Assembly: GCA_964016885.1 (NCBI GenBank)
Contig: OZ024748.1
Coordinates: 34,100,001 to 34,164,000, forward strand
Direction: 5' to 3'
Origin: Eledone cirrhosa
Taxonomy: Eukaryota
Length of the DNA: 64,000 bases
In this document: piece after piece, positions 1-12,576 of the stretch
Position numbering within the stretch: the stretch's first letter is position 1
Layout of the letters: each line of letters begins with the position of its first letter
Notes under the pieces: generated by a model
Databases searched by the model: none
What the model saw: the letters and a program-made list of their open reading frames with translations, nothing else
Told to the model about the DNA's origin: nothing
Position numbers and translations under genes: made by a program

Positions 1-157
1 TTTTATTCACATGACCTCTACCGACCAATCAAAATTGTTTTGACCACAAGAATTTTTGCAACACAAAAATAACGCTGGAGCCACTTTTTTAACATAAAAA
101 CAGGTAGAATTCCCAAAACTAATCAGATCAGAGCAAACAGCACGGACACTCTATCTC

Positions 158-322
158 AAAATTATTTTTGAAAAGCATTTAGAAATGCGCAAGCGGTAAA
201 AACTTAAAAACTTCAAACCACAACTGAATACTAACCCATACAATCACTAATACTCTTTTATTCCTAATTAAACCATTTTTCAACTGCGAACAATTTGTCA
301 GCATTTTCTATTCCGTTTACCA
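158..322. repeat. Half copy of the fold-back repeat at 11481-11751
   Basis: Aligns with the reverse complement of 11481-11640 (AAAATTATTTTTGAAAA...TTTGTCAGCATTTTCT...TTTACCAAT). Confidence 0.6.
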
Positions 323-334
323 ATATATATATAT

Positions 335-770
335 ATATACATACAGGTACATATACATATATGCACGCATCAGTTTAGCGGACGCTTATTATAACGCCGC
401 TTTGTTTGTTTGTAAACAAACTGAACAGCCTGTATTTATGCCATACGGTGTTAAGGCAACCACGTCACCTTTTTGTTCAACACTGACAGGAACGATGTAC
501 TAGTTTCAAGCTTGTTAGCTATCATCAGCACCGTATACCCATCTGCCAGATAGTTGAACGTTCGAAAGTATATACTTTCCTTATGAATATTAACGGCTGA
601 GCAGCCTAATTTGCATATTGAGTGAGTTAAATCGGTCAGGCATACCGAAAACGATAAGTTGAAAAAAATGAAAACGAAATTTCATTTCTCACTCTTAGTA
701 TGGCACTAACTTAAATGTAAGTATGTATGTATACGTACATACATATATGTATACAGACGTACAGTAGCAT
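335..770 (-). mobile_element. Dispersed retrozyme-like repeat, family B, copy 1
   Basis: Homologous to 5224-5660, 5977-6965, 11833-12432 and 20010-20406; contains an octamer (609-616, minus) and an HHR. Confidence 0.8.
492..534 (-). ncRNA. Type I hammerhead ribozyme (family B)
   Basis: Minus strand reads ACGGUG CUGAUGA U-AGCU aaca AGCU-U GAAA CUAG UA CAUCGU. Confidence 0.85.
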
Positions 771-787
771 GCATATATATATATATA

Positions 788-2197
788 TATTGTTATACTT
801 TGGGAGGGTCATGTTGCCAATAAGAAACACACGCACCAGTTGCTTTCACTTCAATTTAATATATATTTATAAATTTATAAATTTACAAATTTCTGGTTGG
901 TTGGTTGGTTCCACAACCAGATAGTTGTTTATATATATAGTCATAGTCCTTTCGTCACACACTCTGTGACCTCTTCAGTGACTGGGGATTCCTTTCTTCG
1001 TTTCTGTGCCTTTCCTTTCTTCTATCCTACGCCATTTTGTTTCTGTGTGTGTGTTGTGTGCTCAGTTTGCGCATCCGCCACATCCGGGTGTCTGTGTGTG
1101 TTTGTGTTCATTTTTCTATTTATATTTTTCTATTTGTTTATTTATTTATTTATTTATTGTTGGTTGGTTGTTTGTTCTGTGTGTGTGTGTGTTTTCATTT
1201 TGTCCTGTGTGTGTTTTCATTTTGTGTGTGTTTTCAATTGTAAGTTGTTTGTTCTATGTGTGTGTGTGTTTTCATTTTGTCCTTAATTGTAAGTTGTGAT
1301 GTTGCTGTTCCACTCATATTTTCTATTTAATTTTGGTTTTAATTCTTTTATGCTTACTGCCTCTGTAATTTGCCTAAACATTGCGTCTTTTATGTGTGTG
1401 GATTCTATTTTTATTTCTATGCTCTCTAATCTACCCCTGTGTTCTATCTTAGCATGTTGGTAGAGCACAGATGATTCTTTATTATCTTGGAGGTCTCGCC
1501 AGTGTTCATTTATTCGTTCCCCTATACTACGAGCTGTCTCACCTATGTACACTATATTTTGGTTTCTACATTGTCCTTCAGTACATCTTATGCTATACAC
1601 TACATTTCTAGTTTTACAGTTAATATGGGGGCTTATTTTACAGGTTATACATTTCTTATCTATACATGAGGGTCTTTGGAACGGGTATGTCCGGCTAATA
1701 AGTGTTTTTACGGAGGTACCAGGTCTTTCTACTATCTTAATATTGAGACTATGTTTATTTAGGGCTCTTCTAAATTTGTAGGCTAGTTCGCCTCTAGGGG
1801 TTGTGTTGATGAACATTACACTCTGGTATTTATTGCTATCATACCATGAGTTTATTCTATTGGCCTTGTTCCTAGTTCTTTCTATTCTATTCCAAAATTT
1901 GCTCCTATACATGGGGCAGGTCCCATTTATGTCATTATTTACCATTTTTTCCCATTTGGTTCTGGCTCCTTTATACACTCTGATTCTATCTCTCTGATTG
2001 TAGCCAGAGAACTGCATACGGTGGATGAAGTGTTGTATGTGTCTCTCTAGTTCTTCGGGGTTGCACATGCGGGACACATTTCTCATCACCCGTACCAAAT
2101 CCGCAATCAGTATGTTGATTTTGGTATGGTCCGAAATGGCCGAGTTTCGGTGGATCAGATGTTTGGAAGTCATGGGTTTGGCATAATGGGAATGGAG
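788..2197 (-). mobile_element. 5'-truncated Penelope-like element, family A (RT thumb, GIY-YIG endonuclease, 3' pLTR)
   Basis: ORF 1283-2218 has a Cys-rich linker and CKTRNVVYSIRC...VYIGET...ERINEH...LN; closely matches 16310-17638. Confidence 0.9.
939..983 (-). ncRNA. Minimal type I hammerhead ribozyme in the family A pLTR
   Basis: AGUCA CUGAAGA g GUCACA gagug UGUGAC GAAA GGAC UA UGACU. Confidence 0.8.
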
Positions 2198-2487
2198 ACA
2201 ACAATAACAACAACACACACATCAACAACAACAATAGCAACATACCCAGATACAACAACAACAGACACGCAGACACAAACAACAATAACAACACACACAA
2301 CAACGATAACACACACACACACGGAGACAACAACAACACACATCAACAACAACACACATCAACAACAACAACACACACGCATTCAATGCCTCTCACCACC
2401 ACCACAATCTTAACAAACACACAGACACAGAAAACAACTAATGACAGTAGCACAGAAATCAGAGAAATAAGAGAAAGTAATAGGATT
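2198..2487 (+). mobile_element. Inverted internal segment of PLE family A (N-terminal low-complexity region)
   Basis: Reverse complement of about 19317-19602. Confidence 0.8.
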
Positions 2488-3180
2488 CCTAATAATTTTC
2501 CTTTAATATCTTAACAATTATAACATTTTATAAGATTCTTATATCTTAAATTAAATTAAAGAATCCTTTATGTTTTGTGTGTATATATTATATACGTAGT
2601 TAGATATGTATATGTATTTTATAAGTGTGTATATATATTTATATGTATTTTTGCGTGTGTATACGTGTTATATGATATGTAGTTCTCTAGTAATATATGG
2701 ATTTCTTAATATATAGATCCCAATTTTTAATATATTGATGTCAATTTTTAAATGATTAACTAAACATCTAATCATATTTAAACAATGGTTAATTTCTCAT
2801 ATTATATATGTATATTCCATTCATGATTATTGACATTTCTAATTTTATTTATTCATTTCATCCCAATTGTTAAGTTAACTCAACAAGATATGACTTAGAG
2901 TTTTTCGTTCTCTCCCCTTCTCTCTGTCTCCTCTCTCTATATATCCTTCTCTCTCTGTTGTTTGGTCTCTCTCTCTTTTTTTCTCTCTCTCTCTCTTTCT
3001 CTCTCTCCTTCTTTATCTTTCTCTTTCTCCGTAACCCAACGGCTTATCTTAAAAATAAAAATATCCAATACTTATAATAATATAATTAAGCTTCAACTCC
3101 ACTATCTGGGAGCTTCCAACAGTAATGGCTGCATTTTTAAAGGGTATGTCAATATTTATTTATAAAACTGATCTATATTA

Positions 3181-3245
3181 TATTTTATCTGATGAAAGCA
3201 CACCATAATTTAACTTGGTGTCCTTGAAATATGTATAATGAAATA
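3181..3245 (+). ncRNA. Type I hammerhead ribozyme in a solo PLE 3'UTR/pLTR (about 2490-3285)
   Basis: UAUUUUAU CUGAUGA [AAG..ACACCA/UGGUGU..CUU] GAAA UAUGUA UA AUGAAAUA. Confidence 0.75.
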
Positions 3246-3284
3246 AATATGGTTTTATAAATATAGTTTCCATTTGTTAATATC

Positions 3285-3561
<277 letters not shown>

Positions 3562-3562
<1 letters not shown>

Positions 3563-5108
3563 CGCACACCACCAAACAGAAGGCGACGTAAAGAGTATAT
3601 ATGGTACAATCCGGTCTATAACAACTCTATTAAAACCGATCTACCCTCACAATTCTTTCGATTAGTTAAAAAACATTTTCCAACATCACATAAATATAAT
3701 AAAATCTTAAACCCTAACACTATTCGACTTTCATATTCAACCGCTTCTAATATTGAACAACATATAAAAAAGCTTAACGCAAAACGGTTGTATAAACGCC
3801 TTCCAACACATAACAATACATGTAAAACATCGGCTATAACATCACAAAACAACAAACAACATCCCGTCCTGCCTAAGCAACCTCATCAACCCATCCCTGG
3901 TAATACAACAACGCATAATTATAACTGTAACTGTGTCCAACAAGGAATGTCTTCGTTGAACAATCAGTGTCTTGAACGCAACATCATATACAAATATACT
4001 ATCGAATCGGGTAGTCAGAAGTGGTACTATGTGGGGTATACAGCTACCCCCTTCAAATCTCGCCTTTATAGACATCGTTACTCGATAAAACATGAAAACC
4101 AGCGTTATGTAACAACACTCGCAGACAAGGCTTGGCAGCTGCGCGAGAATAACCAACATTTTAACCTAAAATGGGATATAATAAGACCTGCCCCTGCATA
4201 TTTCCAAGGACAGGAATTTTGTAAATTGTGTAATATGGAAATATTTTGTATTATGAAATCCAAAAATATTTTATTAAATAACAGAATAGAGCGATCGTTA
4301 TACTGTAACCATCGCTTGAAATCTACATTTTCATATTACAAACACTACCAGGATTGAACGCCTGTCTCCATCTCCGTTTGATTGTCAAAATACATAATAA
4401 CATTCTCTATTAGTCTTAATTCTATCAATTCTTCTATTCTTTACCATTTAATATAAACTGCTATAGATAAAATGAGATTTCTTAATTCAATTCCCTAATG
4501 CATATACCAGCAGGCTACCAGCATTGTTGTTATACAGTAACAGTGAAAATCTCTCTTCATTACTTGACACTTTATATCTGTATTAATACTTCTACACCAA
4601 ACGACCAGCCCTGTCCATTGTTCAATTGGTCAAGTATAGATTAAAATAGGCAATCCCAAAAATTCTTATTTAGATAAAATAAGACATATACTCATTGTAT
4701 TCTCATTAAAAACCTTCTATATACTTGTTTACTAGCAAATTGAATTGCCATCGTCATATACTATCCCTTCTCTTCTTCCTTTCTTACAACTAATATAAAT
4801 ACTTTAATTTTTCTTATTTTTTCCAATTTATCCAATATCTCTGAAGAAGTGACAACTGATTATACATTTGCTATCGAATACTTGCTAACATTATATGATT
4901 ACGCAAGCAGCGATACATAGGTATTCTGTCTGTTACTGAAACATATGTCAATACCTAATAAATTACTTTATAAAAGCACTTTCATTTTATATTCATCTTT
5001 TCTGCATTTTCTCCGGAATATAATTTATACTCGTTGAGCAAACCTACACGTACGCTGTTCATCTCTAACGTGACGATATAGTATCACTACATTATTGATA
5101 ACCTAAAC
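3562..5108 (+). mobile_element. 5'-truncated Penelope-like element, Naiad-like (GIY-YIG endonuclease and pLTR)
   Basis: ORF 3539-4357 has WYNP, RLSYS, CL..NIIY, YYVG, CxxC and C-terminal CNH; close paralog of 13213-14661. Confidence 0.88.
4836..4953 (+). ncRNA. Hammerhead-like motif with long stem II insertion and weak stem I
   Basis: CUGAAGA AGUGACA..(~76 nt)..UGUUACU GAAA CAUAUG UC; second copy at 12627-12744 (minus). Confidence 0.55.
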
Positions 5109-5137
5109 TGATACGTACATATATGTATGTGTACCTG

Positions 5138-5223
<86 letters not shown>

Positions 5224-5227
<4 letters not shown>

Positions 5228-5655
5228 TGCTACTGTACGTCTGTATACATATGTGTATGTACGTATACATACATACTTACATTTAAGTAAGTGCCGTACT
5301 AAGAGTGAGAAATGAAATTTCGTTTTCATTTTATTACAACTTATCGTTTTCGGTGCGCCTGGCCGACTGAACTCACTCGATATGCAAATTAGGCTGCTCA
5401 GCCGTTAATTTTCATAAGGAAAGTATATACTTTCGAACGTTCAACCATCTGGCAGAAGGGTATACGGTGCTGATGAAGCTAAGAAGCTTGAAACTGGTAC
5501 ATCGTTCCTGTGTCAGTGTTGAACAAAAAGGTGACGTGGTTGCCTTAACACCGTATGGCATAAATTCAGGCTGTTCAGTTTGTTTACAAACGAACAAAGC
5601 GGCGTTATAATAAGCGTCCGCTAAACTGATGCGTGCATATATGTATGTGTACCTG

Positions 5656-5707
<52 letters not shown>

Positions 5708-5760
5708 TGCTACTGTACGTCTGTATACATATATGTATGTACGTATACATACATACTTAC
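5224..5760 (+). mobile_element. Retrozyme-like family B, one unit plus the start of the next; HHR at 5464-5505
   Basis: ACGGUG CUGAUGA AGCU aaga AGCUU GAAA CUGG UA CAUCGU; octamer ATGCAAAT near 5382. Confidence 0.8.
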
Positions 5761-5783
5761 ATATATATATATATATATATATA

Positions 5784-5891
5784 TAAACGGAAAAAAATGA
5801 AACGAAATTTCATTTTTCATTCTTAGTACGGCAGTTACTTAAATATAAGTATGTATACGTACATACATATATGTATACAGACGTACAGTAG

Positions 5892-5980
<89 letters not shown>

Positions 5981-6650
5981 GCACACATATATATATGTAC
6001 GTATGGATTCACCGAACATTTATTATAATGCTCGGTGTGTTTGTAAACAAACATCCCGAATTAAGCAGTACAGTGTCTAACAACTATCGTTGCTCATTTG
6101 TTCAACACTGACAAAGGAACGCTGTACTAGTTTCAAGCTTATTAGCTATCGTCAGCAACGTATACCATCCTGCCAGATGGTTGAACGTCTGAAAGTACAT
6201 ACTTTCCTTATGCAAATTAACGGCTGAGCAGCCTAATATGCATATCGAGTGAGTTAATCGGCCGGGGTACCGAAAACAATAAACGGAAAAAATGAAACGA
6301 AATTTCATTTCTCACTCTTGGTACGGCTGTTACTTAAATATAAGTATGTATACGTACATACATATATGTATACAGACGTACAGTAGTATGTATCTATATA
6401 TATATATACATACATGCACACATATATATATGAACTTATGGATTCACCGAACATTTATTATAATGCTCGGTGTGTTTGTAAACAAACATCCCGAATTAAG
6501 CAATACAGTGTCTAGCAACCATCGTTGCTCATTTGTTCAACACTGACAAAGGAACGCTGTACTAGTTTCAAGCTTATTAGCTATCGTCAGCAACGCATAC
6601 CTTCCTGCCAGATAGTTGAACGTCTGAAAGTATATACTTTCCTTATACAT
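5784..6650 (-). mobile_element. Retrozyme-like family B, tandem units; HHRs at 6119-6161 and 6555-6595
   Basis: CGUUG CUGACGA U-AGCU aaua AGCU-U GAAA CUAG UA CAGCG occurs twice, about 435 bp apart. Confidence 0.85.
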
Positions 6651-6652
6651 TT

Positions 6653-7098
<446 letters not shown>

Positions 7099-7102
7099 CA
7101 TA

Positions 7103-7198
<96 letters not shown>

Positions 7199-7212
7199 CA
7201 TATATATATATA

Positions 7213-7292
<80 letters not shown>

Positions 7293-7309
7293 CATACATG
7301 CACACATAT

Positions 7310-7786
7310 AGCGATCAAAAGTTTACCCTAAAATGGGAAAAATTAGCTAAAACCCAAAGCTTTTCCAGGAGCCAAAATGTCTGCAAAATGTGTAATCTTG
7401 AGATTTATTACATAATCACACACAAGAATAAACTGCTGAATAACAGAATTGAACGAACATTATTCTGCCGTCACAGAACTAAAACCCTTTTTTCCCACTA
7501 CAAGCCGAATATTACATAAAAGAGGGACATCCCCCAACTATATAAACCTTAATCTAGTTAGAAAAATATAAAAACAATCTCTTCTCAACATATATTAATA
7601 ACCTTAAATTACCACACTAATAATGGAAAGATATGCTGATGAGAATAGGTACAAATATGCGATAATGAATGTGTCTAAAAACGTCCATAAGTATGTATAT
7701 ATATGTGAAAATGTATATAAATAAGTAAATATATATATATGTTTGATGTGTATAGTTAGATGTAAGTGTATTCATGTATTAAAGTG

Positions 7787-7839
<53 letters not shown>

Positions 7840-8676
7840 ATATATGTATGTATATATGTGTATATGGATGTGTATGTATGTGTATGTGTGTACACATGGA
7901 CTAGAGTATGTATGTATATATGTGTGTGTCTATACGTGTGTATATAAAGATAAGTTGAGTATGAAAATCTATACACATGAGCGCGTATGTATGTACATGA
8001 ATACATGTGTGTATATATATGTGTATGCATGTGTATATATATGTAAGTATGAATATGTGAATTGTGAGTATATGTATTTTGTAGAGGTGTGCAAATATAT
8101 TTGTGTGTGAATGCGTGGGTGAAAGGATACGTACACTTGAAAGAAAAATTTAAGTCTGAATGTTAATTAAGTGCAAACACAAAACCAACCACGCATATCT
8201 TTACTATCTCTAATCCTTCTATAGATTTAGAAAAATAACCAATAATATATTCTATAAAAAATGTCAAAACAACAGATGGGAATCTAATTACTCACTGCCA
8301 CCAAGAATTCTCACTGCTATCGAAAAACCACTCCTTCAACTATTCTTCTAACAACTTCACCCCTCCCTCCTAATATTCTCTATAAAAACTAAATAGGTCC
8401 TCAGTAATATTATTCTGATGAAATGACAGTAAATAATAACATTGAAATATTGAATGTCTGCATAACTAAAAGTTTGTAGATAGCAGCTGTTTTAGGTTAT
8501 GTAACTGTTATAGAAACACGTGTCAATAAATTCCTTTCAACTAAACTGTATCCATTCAAATCTTTCTATTTTTCTCCGGATTACTTTTGGAACTACAACT
8601 GGAACCGTCGAGCAAACTCTACGTGAGCTGATAATCTACTGTGTGTAATATTTATATTACAACACAACGGAAAATA

Positions 8677-8680
<4 letters not shown>
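7310..8680 (+). mobile_element. Naiad-like PLE 3' fragment (end of endonuclease) with 3'UTR/pLTR
   Basis: [27 protein letters not shown] at 7310-7519, followed by a UTR carrying an HHR. Confidence 0.75.
8410..8529 (+). ncRNA. Type I hammerhead ribozyme with long, branched stem II
   Basis: UUAUU CUGAUGA a-AUGACAGU...ACUGUUAU-a GAAA CACGUG UC AAUAA. Confidence 0.75.
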
Positions 8681-8737
<57 letters not shown>

Positions 8738-8869
8738 AATTTTGAGTACATGTTGGTTGTATACTAACACCTCAGTATGCAGATTGGAGCACTCGACGAA
8801 GTGCTCAGGTTGGTTTGGTTACTCCGGAGTAATGTAAAATAAAATAAAATAAATAAGTCAAATGTTTAA

Positions 8870-9902
8870 AATTTGGCTTCGTTTATTACTGCTATATATA
8901 TTTCGGTGACAGCCATCTTTGGTTGTGACCTCTCCAGGCAGTCCGAAATAGTGTGGTAGAGACGAGTACACATGTTATTGAGGTGTTTAACTTTGTCAAT
9001 ACTCTGATATGCCCAATTCCTGGTTGGGTTTTTATTTCATTGAGGAACCGGAATCATATGAATTTAAACAAACGAATTTCAGTGTCAAAGGACATCTTCT
9101 CCTCTCATTGGTCAGTTGTGAGAACATTCCTCAGTCAGAATTCTATAGAAATTCATTCTGAGGCAAGGCCATCGTTAGTGGTTGTTCTTGTTATTGCTAA
9201 GTACATCTGACCTCTACTCTTATGTTGGTAGTGGTGTTGGTGTTAGAGTCAGCTCAAAAAGATGAAAAAGTGGTAGAAGGAATAAGATGGTAGAGGAACC
9301 AAATAAAATAATTAAATAAAATGTGTGTGTGTTATACCCAGTCTTAATGTCATAAAAATTTGTAATTTCACTCCTCCCATTGGTCAGTTTTGAGAGCATT
9401 CCTCAATCAAAAGTCCATAGAAATTCTATCTGAGGTGAGGTTCCCTGTAGTATTTGTTTTTGCTATTGTTAAGTACATCTGACCTTTACCCTTAATTTGG
9501 TAGTGTTGTTGGTGTTTTCGTCAGCCTATGTCTTGCTGCTGCTGACATTTATAAGCATGTGTGCGTTTCTTCACCCATCCTGCCACCATCTCTCGTGGTG
9601 GTGGTGGTGGTGGTGGTGGTGGTAGGGGGGCGGTCTGCCATGTATATGAAGAAATAGAAGGCAATTAAATGAAGAAAACAGAAAATAAACTGAAATTCAT
9701 TTGTTTAAATTCATATGATTCCAGTTCCTCAATGAAACAATAACCCAACCAGGAACTGGGTATACCAGAGTATTGACAAAGTTAAACACCTCAAAAACAT
9801 GTGTACTCGTCTCTACCACACTAATTCGGACTGCCTGAAGAAGTCACAACCAAAGATGGCTGTCACCGAAATATATATAGCAGTAATAAACGAAGCCAAA
9901 TT
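8870..9902. repeat. Inverted pair of pLTR segments (8870-9083 and 9689-9902), each with an HHR (8888-8942 minus, 9830-9884 plus)
   Basis: ACUGC CUGAAGA [stem II] GAAA UAUAUA UA GCAGU; the minus copy has CUGGAGA. Confidence 0.8.
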
Positions 9903-10199
9903 ATTGGAATGATCATGATTAATTATTCTACTGTAAGTTTTTCTAGAATTTGTTTCTTTACTATATTTGATTTTATCTGGATAGCCGGCTTTAGAAAGTG
10001 CGTTATTATAGTAATTGGCGTTAGCATCAAAGATGTTTTTATTAGAGGATATGTTAGATATTCTTTTTCCAATATTACTAACTATAGCATTCTTGATGTT
10101 GGTAGGATGGTTAGATTTAAAGTTAACATAATTTAGGTTCTCATTGTTTTTATGGTAAGGGTAATATAGGCCTTTTTTGACGTTAGAATATTCATCCAC
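9903..10199 (-). pseudogene. Naiad-like PLE reverse transcriptase thumb fragment
   Basis: YYPYHKNNENLNYVNFKSNHP..RISNISS..YYNNALSKAGY aligns with ORFs 13213-14661 and 62797-63846. Confidence 0.8.
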
Positions 10200-10747
10200 A
10201 ATTATTATTTCTTCTCTCTATCTTCATACATAAATTCCCTTCGTTAATTTTCAAATTCCTTTAATTTATACATTATCTTCCAACGGTTCTCAACCTCTCT
10301 CTATGTAAAACAATATATCTTTCTCTCAGTTATAAAAACTATCTCTTTCTCTCTATCACCCATCTCTCCCTCTCCACCTTCACTCTCATCTCCTCCCCCT
10401 TTTTTTCATCCTTTCCACCCCCCCCTCCCTAAATAAAATACTTTTTCCGCGCACATATCCTCCTTTCGTTAATTTTCAAAATTTTTTTAATTTATACATT
10501 ATCTTCCAACGGTTTTCAACCTCTCTATGTAAAACAATATATCTCCTCTCAGTTATAAAAACTATCTCTTTCTCTCTATCACCCATCTCTCCCTCTCATC
10601 TCCTCCCCTTTTTCATCCTTTCCACCCCCCCCTCTCTAAATAAAATATTTTTCCCAATATCACACATCAATCTAAAACCACTTTTCATATGTTGATTTAA
10701 AACTGCACTATCCACAAGTGTTTTTTAGCCTTCAAATCATGTTCTCC

Positions 10748-10818
10748 TGTTTTATCTGATGAAAACACAAATATTATTGCATGATGATGTTTGTTTTTGA
10801 AATGCGCATAATAAAATA
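10748..10818 (+). ncRNA. Type I hammerhead ribozyme in a PLE 3'UTR/pLTR (about 10200-10940, with an internal ~200 bp duplication)
   Basis: UGUUUUAU CUGAUGA [AAA.ACAAAUAUUAUU / GAUGAUGUUUGU.UUU] GAAA UGCGCA UA AUAAAAUA. Confidence 0.8.
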
Positions 10819-10939
10819 CATGGAACTCCTTTAACCATCTTTTGATCTTATATTATGTATACTCCAGTCCTACAAACTGTAGAGTGCTTCTTATCTGATA
10901 TCTGCATTGCTTTATTGTACTACAATAAAACTCACCTCC

Positions 10940-10982
<43 letters not shown>

Positions 10983-11177
10983 AGATGTATTTTAATTATG
11001 TCTCATATAAAATAATACAACTGGCTATCCGCAATATACATATAGTTACCACCCCAAACGTAAAATTGGGATTATACTAAAGTATATCCTAATGTTTGTT
11101 GAGTGAAACGGAAGCCGGTCGGAGTATTGCTTAAAGATTTCTCTGTTAATGTATTAAATATACAGCGTGTATATATA

Positions 11178-11390
11178 GGCGTGTGGCTGAGTGGTTAGAG
11201 AATTGGATTCGCAATCGTAAGGTTGTGAGTTCGATTCCTGGACCAGGCGATGCGTTATGTCCTTGAGCAAGACACTTTATTTCACGTTCCTCCTTCTACC
11301 TGGAGTTGCGACCGGTAGATAGTATTAGCAATTGGAAATACCAACGGAAACATTGTTCCCTCGGTCCGATTTGACGAAAGTCGATCGTTC
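11178..11390 (+). mobile_element. tRNA-derived SINE
   Basis: Box A TGGCTGAGTGG and box B GTTCGATTC, then TGTCCTTGAGCAAGACACT; no acceptor stem; partial copy at 45520-45575. Confidence 0.75.
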
Positions 11391-11391
11391 C

Positions 11392-11422
<31 letters not shown>

Positions 11423-11480
11423 TATGTATATATATATATATATTTAAAAAAATAGAGGTGTAACGCACGCGTTGCGATAT

Positions 11481-11746
11481 ATTAGTAAAAGGAAAAGAAA
11501 ATGCTGACAAATTTTTCCCAGTGAAAAATAGTTTAATTAGGAATAAGTATATAAATTAGTAATAAGTTCTGGTTAGTATTTTGTTTTAGTTTTAATTTTT
11601 TACCGGTTGCGCATTTCTAATGATTTTCAAAAATAATTTTAAAACTAAAACTGAATACTAACCAATATTTATTACTAATTTATACTTATTCCTAATTAAA
11701 ATATTTTTCACTGAGAAATATTTGTCAGCATTTTCTCTTCCTTTTA

Positions 11747-11751
<5 letters not shown>
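11481..11751. repeat. Fold-back or MITE-like element with ~110 bp imperfect inverted arms
   Basis: ATTAGTAAAAGGAAAAGAAAATGCTGACAAA ... TTTGTCAGCATTTTCTCTTCCTTTTACTAAT. Confidence 0.75.
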
Positions 11752-11832
<81 letters not shown>

Positions 11833-11836
<4 letters not shown>

Positions 11837-12432
11837 AATAAATGTAAGTATGTATGTATACGTACATAGATATATGTATACAGACGAAACAGTAGTATGT
11901 ATATATATATATACATGCACACATATATATATGCACGAATCGGTTTAGCGAACATTTATTATAATGCTCGGTTTGTTTGTTTGTAAACAAACAAACAGCC
12001 CGAATTACGCCGTACAGTGTTTAGGAAACCACGTCACCTTTTTGTTCAACACTGACACAGGAAAGATATACTAGTTTCAGGCTTATTAGCTATCGTCAGC
12101 ATCGTATAACTTCCTGCCAGATGGTTGAACGTCTGAAAGCATATACTTTCCTTATGCATATTAACGGCTGAGCAGCCTATTTTGCCTATCGAGTGAGTTC
12201 GGTCGGCCGGGCGCACCGAAAACGGTATATGGAATCGAATGAAACGAAATTTCATTTCTCACACTTAGTACGGCACTTACTTAAATGTAAGTATGTATGT
12301 ATGTATACGTATATAGATATATGTATTGAGACGTACAATAGTATGTATATATATAGATACATGCACACACATATATATATATGCACGTATCGGTTTAGCG
12401 AACATTTATTATAATGCTCGGTTTGTTTGTTT
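11833..12432 (-). mobile_element. Retrozyme-like family B, ~1.3 tandem units; HHR at 12065-12103
   Basis: GAUG CUGACGA..GAAA CUAG UA UAUC; unit period about 445 bp. Confidence 0.8.
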
Positions 12433-12535
12433 GTTAGCCTGGTCTAATTGATTGTTTTATATGGTTAATTATGCTAATTGGGAGAGGAAATTGTATATAT
12501 TTTATGTAATAATTCTAAGGACATGATTTATGATA

Positions 12536-12571
<36 letters not shown>

Positions 12572-12576
<5 letters not shown>

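Noticed and set aside
7632-7689. Possible hammerhead (UAUG CUGAUGA...GUC CAUA)
   Set aside because: GAAA is missing before the GUC; at best a decayed remnant.
11178-11250. tRNA gene
   Set aside because: Boxes A and B are present but there is no acceptor stem, and it runs into a SINE body.
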